From Azolla caroliniana (lineage: Eukaryota > Plantae > Polypodiophyta), in the NCBI GenBank assembly GCA_043228905.1, contig JBHGNT010000012.1, positions 13,702,001 through 13,766,000 on the forward strand: 64,000 nucleotides of DNA. Reading direction: 5' to 3'. Below, one piece after another: positions 13,462 through 21,012 of this stretch. The translations under genes were made by a program, and so were the position numbers. The notes below the pieces were generated by a model, which saw only the letters and a list, made by a program, of their open reading frames with translations, was not told the DNA's origin and searched no databases. Each line of letters starts with the position of its first letter. Positions within the stretch are counted from its first letter, which is position 1.

Positions 13462-13906
13462 TGTTACGGGCATGACCATATAATATCCCGTGGTAAGAAT
13501 TTACCGTAGTATTCTATACACGTGGATAAGTGTGAGGGTTAAACGAGAGTGTAAAGAAGGGGAGGATTACTTTTAATCCTCGGGATTGAGACAACCCATT
13601 AGGTCAAGTGTGAACATGCCTGGGGGCCTTGGGTATCGCTATAAATAAGAGGCCTAGCTACCCTCATTTGATCATGTTTTGACTACATCGAGACTCTGCT
13701 CGTGTGGTGGGTCAACTCTTGTAGCGAGCGCGCCAGCACCAGGTACGACTCGACGCCACGGCGGTGGTATGGGACGCCGATCGAGGCTCGAGTCCGTCTC
13801 GATCCCTTCGCTCGGGGGTGGTCGGGTGGATCGGCACCCTTCTTTCTCTTTCTCCTTTCTATCTTATCCTTATCTTAAGCTTACATTAGTACTATGATCT
13901 ATAATA
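13462..13906 (+). repeat. 5' LTR of chromovirus B
   Basis: Direct repeat of 25433-25887; TATAAATA at ~13640. Confidence 0.95.
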
Positions 13907-14149
13907 TTTGGTATCAGATTTTTTTACTAATGTTTCTTTGTTTTTCATTTGTCTTTTGATTGATGCTGATCGATCATTGTGCGGTTGGCCTTGATCCAGA
14001 CAACGATCAACAAAGAACTTCGGTAACTCTTTCCATATTTTTTTTTCTATTCTCTCTTCTCCCATCTAATCATGTGTTTAGTTTATATGTAATTTTTTCA
14101 TTAAGTCAATGATGTTGTAGTGGTCTTTAATTGATTATCTAAAACGTTT

Positions 14150-14420
14150 ACATATGTGCACGAGGTCAATACCTCGTTTGACATATTAATAATATGTGAT
14201 GAGTGTCGTATGCGTACGAGGTTAATACCTCAATTACGTATTACGATCACGAACATATGTTACGTTTGCGTATGAGTTTAATACCTTGATTTGTTGTAAA
14301 CGATATGCGTTTGGTCTCGTATGCGTAAGAGGTCAATACCTCCATTGCGTATTACGATGATCTCTTATTTGTGGATGTTTCGTGTGCGTAGAGGTATATA
14401 CCTCGATTACGTATCTCGAT
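14150..14420 (+). repeat. array of five ~56-bp units, each with a GAGGT-N4-ACCTC hairpin, in the chromovirus leader
   Basis: Hairpin cores near 14162, 14218, 14274, 14329 and 14391. Homologous arrays at 31395-31655 and 9-101. Confidence 0.85.
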
Positions 14421-15551
14421 CACATCATTTGTGGCTATTTACTATAACGATATGTTTAATATAGGCATATGTGGTCACATATATACGTATTTGATCGTAT
14501 ATATGTGATAAGTAAACATATGTGTATATTCATTATTACGTGATTATATCGAAAGTTGTCATGGTCGGGAAAAGGATGTTGGTGGCCATCCTTACATTTT
14601 TGTGAGAATGGTGTTGTCACCATCCCTTTTTCAACATTTTTTTATTGTTGATAACCCCGTTGACGACCTCGATTTTGTTACGTAAAGAAACGCCAATAGC
14701 CAAAATGATGTTGAGTACGTAGGGCTTGACCCACTTCAAGTGAGGTCGCTCCAATGACGCGCGTATCCAACATCCCTCCCTCGTTACATGGATACGATGC
14801 CACCATGAGCTCGTTCTTACGAGAGGCATTCGTAATGACGTGACCATGTGATGGCCCACATGAGCCTACTACGAAATGAGGGCTCATTTGGCTTGCCCAT
14901 TAGGTTGCACTTTGGCGTATGCCATCGTAATTACGAGACTTGAGGTTAGGTAACGTACCAACATAGTGATGGTAAATGAGGGCGAAATAAGGACCCTTGA
15001 CATATATGTTCTTTTAAAAAAACGTATATGATCAATTGCCTCGCATATCTCTTATACGCATCAAACATTAAGCATTCGAGAAGAGCAACTTACTTGGTTG
15101 GCTCAAGTGTTTAATGTATTTGTTCTCGAGGTCTCGAGTTCAAATATGACCACGACCATACAACATCCTTGATACATATGATTATAACACATGTTTAGAC
15201 TTAAGGTCTAAGTGCACCTCGGGGTCCTCGTAATAGGACTTAAAGAGCCGAAACCACTTATGTGGGCACCGAAACATAGTTTATTGTTAACATCTTTTTT
15301 CGTGTATAAACTATTCATGACGCGAACATACATGGTTGAGCCTCGGGGAGCCACCATGAAAAAATCGATATAGAGATCAGGGAAAGACATTTATTTGTCA
15401 CCCCCATGGTTTTTAAAACACCTTTGTGTTACCATAGTAACCTGATCTTGAACCTCATCTCATACGTCTAGAGGGGTATTTGTTGGGATTTCGGTCCCTC
15501 CGGATGGGATGTCCGGAGATGAATGACGGCAATCGCGGTTACGGTTACGGT

Positions 15552-15630
15552 CCCGGCTACGGAGCCGGATGATGAAGACCCCGGCTACGGAGCCGGATGC
15601 TGAAGACCCCGGTTACGGAGCCGGATGACG
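15552..15630 (+). repeat. 28-bp tandem repeat in U3 of the 5' LTR of C (~3 units)
   Basis: Unit CCCGGCTACGGAGCCGGATGATGAAGAC; ~5 units in the 3' LTR at 20287-20421. Confidence 0.9.
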
Positions 15631-16132
15631 TATGTACCCGGAGAGAGATCCGGATGTGGGGACATATTTGTGAATATGTTTGCCAAGGGCCCTTGAGGCT
15701 ATATTTGTAAATAGCCCGAAAGTCATATGTGTATAAATATGACTTAGGGCAAACTGTTGTACGTGTTGTTGCTCATTTTCTGTTTTCACAAAGGGGGGGG
15801 GTGAAGAGAGCAGCCGAGAGAGAGAGAGAGAGAGAGAAAGAGGTCGACGCCTCTGTGTATTACCGCCGCCTGTGGCGAAGACAGTGAGCCCAAGGTTGTT
15901 GCCTTGTAGCTACACCTTTTGTACATCTCTGTTCATAGTGATAGTTGGAGTTTGAGGACTCCCGTGGTTTTTCCCATTTAGGGTTTTCCACGTAAAACAC
16001 TCTGTGTACTCTTCTCTCTACTGTCTTCGTGCATTGTGTATTTTCCCGTTTTCTGTGATTTGATCCTATTCCTCGGTTGTGGCCGAGCACTGAGCGCAAC
16101 AAAGTGGTATCAGAGCGACGGTAACACAGAAA

Positions 16133-17014
16133 ATGGAAGGCGGCGGTAGTGGGCCTCCGGGCATGATGGTGTTGAACTCACAGAACTACGCCGACTGGAA
16201 GATAAAGATGGAAGACCTTCTCATCGTCCGAGACCTGTACGAACCGATCGACAATGCCGAGATACCCAAGGGGGTAATAGAGTCGGAGTGGAAGCTTCTG
16301 AACCGGAAAGCCGTAGCGACGATCCGGCAATATGTCGATGTAAGTGTCCTGCAACATGTGGCGAACGATACGAACGCCTATGAGATGTGGAAGAAGCTGT
16401 CGGGCCTCTATGAGAGGAAGAATGCGTTGAACCGGACCTCCCTGATGAGGAAGATAGTGAATCTCAAGTACCGGGACGGCGAGAATATGGTGGAACACGT
16501 GAGCACGTTCATGGGATTCGTGAACCAGCTTGCGGCGATCAAGTTCCCGTTGGAGGATGCAATGCAAGCCATCATTCTGATGTGTACATTGCCGGAAAGC
16601 TGGGAGAACTTGGTGGTGACTCTCAGCACCTCCTGCACCGAAGATAACTTGTCTCTACAAACGGTAAAGACAAGTATTCTAAATGAAGAAGCGCGTCGGA
16701 GAGATAAAGAACCGGCCACCGACTCGAAGGCGCTGCTTACCGAATCGGAACGGGGAAGACAATGGAACCGGAGTCCGCAAAGACGGGAGAAGTCGGGGAC
16801 CCGGTCGCAGTCAAGAGGAAGACCCACATGCTTCCACTGTGGGAAGCCGGGGCACTTCCGGAAGAATTGTCGGCATTACCGAAAGGACAACGGAGCCGAC
16901 GACACCGATTCGAAGAAGTCACCGGAGAGAAACGGTGCATACCGGGGAGCCACGGACCGGAGAGGTCCGGATCGGCGAGGGAGGACCGGAAAGGAACGAC
17001 GGCACTCGCGGTAA
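16133..17014 (+). CDS. gag: Gag of copia C (293 aa)
   Basis: LNSQNYADWKIKM start, LPESW motif, CCHC knuckle CFHCGKPGHFRKNC and an Arg-rich tail. Confidence 0.93.
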   Translation: MEGGGSGPPGMMVLNSQNYADWKIKMEDLLIVRDLYEPIDNAEIPKGVIESEWKLLNRKAVATIRQYVDVSVLQHVANDTNAYEMWKKLSGLYERKNALNRTSLMRKIVNLKYRDGENMVEHVSTFMGFVNQLAAIKFPLEDAMQAIILMCTLPESWENLVVTLSTSCTEDNLSLQTVKTSILNEEARRRDKEPATDSKALLTESERGRQWNRSPQRREKSGTRSQSRGRPTCFHCGKPGHFRKNCRHYRKDNGADDTDSKKSPERNGAYRGATDRRGPDRRGRTGKERRHSR

Positions 17015-20000
17015 GTGAAGAAGAGATAATGCTCATTACCGAAGAGAGGGAGCTGAACCTTGCCGGTGAAGAGATGACCTGGGTGGTCGATTCCGGAGCG
17101 TCGTTCCACCTGACCCCGGAGAAGAAATACTTCTCATCCTACACAGCCGGTGAGCACGGCTGTGTCCGGATGGGAAATGAAGGTACATGCCGGATTGCCG
17201 GCATAGGAGACGTGTGGCTGATGACATCAACCGGATGCAAGATGCTGCTGAAGGATGTTCGACACGTTCCGGAGGTTCGATTGAACCTGATTTCGGCCGG
17301 GAGGCTAGATGATGAAGGCTACACAGGTAGCATCCGGAATGGTGTAATGAAGTTCAGCAAGGGGAGCCTGATAGTGGCTCGGGCCCGGAAGATCAACACA
17401 CTGTACCTGATGAATTCCCGGCTATGTCCGGAGGAGCTGAACGTGGCAGTCGATACTGCCGGTGAGTTGTGGCACAAGAGACTGTGTCACATGAGTGAGA
17501 AGGGGATGAAGAGGCTTGCAGAAGACAACCTCATTCCAGTGAAGCATGTGCACCTGGAGAGGTGCACCGATTGCCTGGCCGGTAAGCAGAACCGAACCTC
17601 CTTCCACTCAAGGCCACCGACGAGACGTAGCGCACCATTGGAGTTGGTGCACACTGACGTGTGTCAAGTAGAAACGAAGTCACATGGCGGAGCCCAGTAC
17701 TTCGTGACATTCATTGATGATCACAGCCGGAAGCTGTGGACGGCACCGTTGAAGACAAAGGACCAAGTGTTGTGCGTCTTCAAAGAACTCCACGCGAGAG
17801 TGGAAAGGGAATCCGGCAAGAAGCTGAAAGCGATACGAGCGGATAACGGAGGGGAATACCGGGGGCAGTTCACTGAGTACTGTCGCTCGAAGGGAATCCG
17901 GCTCGAGTTTACTGTGCCGAAGACGCCGGAACTGAACGGGCTGGCCGAGAGGATGAACCGGACCATAATGGAGAGGGTCCGGAGTATGCTGGCGCATGCG
18001 AAATTACCCAAGGGATTTTGGGCTGAGGCAATGTCGACGGCGACGTATGTGATAAATAGATCACCCTCAGTACCTTTGGACGGAGACACGCCGCAGAAAG
18101 TGTGGACCGGTAAGGAAGTGTCCTACCGGCACCTGAAGGTGTTCGGGTGTCTCGCATACGTGCATGTGGCAAAGGACCGGAGAGGAAAGTTAGATCCAAA
18201 GACCCGGCCATGCATATTCCTCGGTTACGGCGACGACGAGTTCGGCTACCGAGTATGGGACCCGGTCGACAAGAAGATATTCAGGAGTCGAGATATAATC
18301 TTCATGGAGGACAAGACACTCGCCGACTGGGAGTCGGAGAAGAAGATGAAGAGCTCCAAGTCGACCGGTGAGGATAAACTCTACGAGGAGCAGTCCCGAC
18401 CGGTAAGGGACCGGTTAGCACTCGAGGATCCGGCCGAAGACGGTGAAGAAACAGAACCGGCCGAAGAAGATGAAAATGATACCGGAACCGGCCACGATCC
18501 CGAAATGGATTCGGACGAAGAAGAATCGGAAGAACCGGTTACCGAAGCTCCGGAACGGAGATATCCTCTGAGAGAGAGAAGGGCCCCCCGGAGATTTCCG
18601 GAACCAGAGCACGTGCTGCTAACCGACGAGGGGGAGCCGGAGAGCTTTGAAGAAGCAAAGCATGACACCCAGAGCCGCAGGTGGTTGAGTGCCATGCAGG
18701 ACGAGATGGATTCCCTGCATGAGAACCACACATATGAACTTGTGGAGTTGCCGAAAGGAAAGCGGGCACTTCGAAACAAGTGGGTGTTCAAGCTGAAACC
18801 GGGAGATGCTGGAAACCCCCCGAGATACAAAGCCAGGATCGTGGTGAAGGGGTTTCAGCAGAAGAAGGGCGTCGACTTCGACGAGATATTTGCCCCGGTA
18901 GTGAAGATGACCTCCATCCGGACGGTGCTGAGCATAGCGGCAAGCATGGACCTCGAGGTAGAACAGATGGACGTGAAGACGGCATTCCTTCACGGTGACC
19001 TCGAAGAAGAGATCTACATGCAGCAACCGGAAGGATTCGAGAAGAGAGGGAAGGAGCACCTGGTATGCCGGTTGAAGAAGAGCCTTTACGGACTGAAGCA
19101 GGCTCCCCGGCAATGGTACCGGAAGTTCGACTCCTTCATGACCGACGAAGGGTACCTCAAAACGCAGTCCGACCACTGCGTGTTTGTGAAGAAGTTCGAA
19201 GGAGGAGACTTTCTAATACTCCTCCTGTACGTGGACGACATGTTGATCGTCGGACGGGACCAGGCCAAGATACGGATGTTGAAGAAGGCTCTTCACCGAA
19301 CCTTCTCAATGAAGGACTTGGGTCCGGCGAGGCAAATATTAGGGATGCACATCATCCGGGACCGGAAGAAGAAGCAGTTGTGGCTGTCACAGGAGAAGTA
19401 CGTGACAAAGGTGCTTCAACGGTTCAACATGTCGGAAGCAAGACCGGTTGGGTCAACCCTCCCGGCAAACTGCAAGTTGTCTAGCAAGCAAAGTCCCAAG
19501 ACAAAGGCTGAGAAGGAGGACATGATGAAAGTACCATATGCCTCTGCCGTCGGAAGCTTGATGTACGCAATGGTGTGTACAAGACCGGACATAGGATATG
19601 CAGTTGGAGTGGTGAGCCGGTACATGAGCAATCCCGGCAAAGAGCACTGGAACGCGGTCAAGTGGATACTCCGATACCTGAAGGGCACGGCAAACGTGTG
19701 CCTCCGATTCGGCTCCGGTAAGCCCGAACTCGACGGCTTTACCGACTCGGATATGTCGGCTGATGCAGATACCAGCCGGTCCACATCAGGGTATGTGATG
19801 ACGTATGCAGGGGGAGCTGTTTCGTGGCAGTCGAGGCTGCAGAAAACGGTTGCGTTGTCAACCACGGAGGCGGAGTACATGGCGGCTGTTGAAGCCGGCA
19901 AGGAAATAATATGGATGAAGGACTTCATTAGAGAGCTCGGTATCCGGCAGGAGGAGTACCGACTCTACTGCGACAGTCAGAGTGCCATCCACCTTGCGAA

Positions 20001-20205
20001 GAACGCGGCCTACCATTCCCGGACGAAACACATCCAACGTAGATACCACTGGATCCGGGAAAGGATAGAAGACAAGGAGTTCGTGCTGACGAAGATCCAC
20101 ACGGACGAGAACGGGTCGGATATGCTGACCAAGGTGCTCACACCCGACAAGCTGGAAGCATGCCGGAAGAGGATCGGGTTGGAGAGACATCCCATGCCGA
20201 AGTGA
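16762..20205 (+). CDS. pol: Pol of copia C (PR-IN-RT-RH), open frame; recognisable Pol sequence starts near 16984
   Basis: WVVDSGAS protease, WHKRLCH..C..C zinc motif, HTD/DNGGEY/AERMN integrase, YVDDML RT and DSD..STTEAEY RNaseH. No internal stops; lies in the -1 frame relative to gag. Confidence 0.95.
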   Translation: MEPESAKTGEVGDPVAVKRKTHMLPLWEAGALPEELSALPKGQRSRRHRFEEVTGEKRCIPGSHGPERSGSAREDRKGTTALAVSEEEIMLITEERELNLAGEEMTWVVDSGASFHLTPEKKYFSSYTAGEHGCVRMGNEGTCRIAGIGDVWLMTSTGCKMLLKDVRHVPEVRLNLISAGRLDDEGYTGSIRNGVMKFSKGSLIVARARKINTLYLMNSRLCPEELNVAVDTAGELWHKRLCHMSEKGMKRLAEDNLIPVKHVHLERCTDCLAGKQNRTSFHSRPPTRRSAPLELVHTDVCQVETKSHGGAQYFVTFIDDHSRKLWTAPLKTKDQVLCVFKELHARVERESGKKLKAIRADNGGEYRGQFTEYCRSKGIRLEFTVPKTPELNGLAERMNRTIMERVRSMLAHAKLPKGFWAEAMSTATYVINRSPSVPLDGDTPQKVWTGKEVSYRHLKVFGCLAYVHVAKDRRGKLDPKTRPCIFLGYGDDEFGYRVWDPVDKKIFRSRDIIFMEDKTLADWESEKKMKSSKSTGEDKLYEEQSRPVRDRLALEDPAEDGEETEPAEEDENDTGTGHDPEMDSDEEESEEPVTEAPERRYPLRERRAPRRFPEPEHVLLTDEGEPESFEEAKHDTQSRRWLSAMQDEMDSLHENHTYELVELPKGKRALRNKWVFKLKPGDAGNPPRYKARIVVKGFQQKKGVDFDEIFAPVVKMTSIRTVLSIAASMDLEVEQMDVKTAFLHGDLEEEIYMQQPEGFEKRGKEHLVCRLKKSLYGLKQAPRQWYRKFDSFMTDEGYLKTQSDHCVFVKKFEGGDFLILLLYVDDMLIVGRDQAKIRMLKKALHRTFSMKDLGPARQILGMHIIRDRKKKQLWLSQEKYVTKVLQRFNMSEARPVGSTLPANCKLSSKQSPKTKAEKEDMMKVPYASAVGSLMYAMVCTRPDIGYAVGVVSRYMSNPGKEHWNAVKWILRYLKGTANVCLRFGSGKPELDGFTDSDMSADADTSRSTSGYVMTYAGGAVSWQSRLQKTVALSTTEAEYMAAVEAGKEIIWMKDFIRELGIRQEEYRLYCDSQSAIHLAKNAAYHSRTKHIQRRYHWIRERIEDKEFVLTKIHTDENGSDMLTKVLTPDKLEACRKRIGLERHPMPK

Positions 20206-21012
20206 AGGGGGAGTTTGTTGGGATTTCGGTCCCTCCGGATGGGATGTCCGGAGATGAATGACGGCAATCGCGGTTACGGTTACGGTCCCGGCTACGGAGC
20301 CGGATGATGAAGACCCCGGCTACGGAGCCGGATGATGAAGACCCCGGCTACGGAGCCGGATGATGAAGACCCCGGCTACGGAGCCGGATGCTGAAGACCC
20401 CGGTTACGGAGCCGGATGACGTATGTACCCGGAGAGAGATCCGGATGTGGGGACATATTTGTGAATATGTTTGCCAAGGGCCCTTGAGGCTATATTTGTA
20501 AATAGCCCGAAAGTCATATGTGTATAAATATGACTTAGGGCAAACTGTTGTACGTGTTGTTGCTCATTTTCTGTTTTCACAAAGGGGGGGGGTGAAGAGA
20601 GCAGCCGAGAGAGAGAGAGAGAGAGAGAGAAAGAGGTCGACGCCTCTGTGTATTACCGCCGCCTGTGGCGAAGACAATGAGCCCAAGGTTGTTGCCTTGT
20701 AGCTACACCTTTTGTACATCTCTGTTCATAGTGATAGTTGGAGTTTGAGGACTCCCGTGGTTTTTCCCATTTAGGGTTTTCCACGTAAAACACTCTGTGT
20801 ACTCTTCTCTCTACTGTCTTCGTGCATTGTGTATTTTCCCGTTTTCTGTGATTTGATCCTATTCCTCGGTTGTGGCCGAGCACTGAGCGCAACAGTATTG
20901 ACGTGAGATAATGATATCGATTAATGCTCGCCCATGATATGTTTACATCACGACAAGATGTTATGACTATATCTCTGACCTTATCCTATTTCTTTTCCAG
21001 AAATAATCTTTA

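Larger units (their letters stand above)
15481..20894 (+). mobile_element. young intact Ty1/copia element C nested in the leader of B
   Basis: LTRs 15481-16101 and 20216-20894 differ by one substitution, one GA unit and two 28-bp units. TSD GTATT, PBS TGGTATCAGAGC at 16105-16116, PPT GAAGGGGGAG at 20204-20213. Confidence 0.97.

Noticed and set aside
14150-14420. CRISPR array
   Set aside because: Units are degenerate, spacers resemble each other and recur in other TE copies, there are no cas genes, and the context is a eukaryotic retrotransposon.
15092-15158. functional tRNA gene
   Set aside because: The T-stem does not pair and there is no anticodon arm; kept only as a tRNA-like remnant.
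15552-15630. hammerhead ribozyme (retrozyme) in LTR repeats
   Set aside because: GATGATGAAG only loosely resembles CUGAUGA, with no matching GAAA core or three-stem layout.
16935-16993. 59-nt GT-AG intron that would fuse gag to pol in frame
   Set aside because: It works on paper in C, but it is GC/purine-rich with no pyrimidine tract, and the equivalent in D is 28-29 nt, too short. Not called; worth an RNA-seq check.
16178-20267. many antisense ORFs in copia C (similarly in D and G)
   Set aside because: Expected shadows of a GC-rich coding strand; no motifs.
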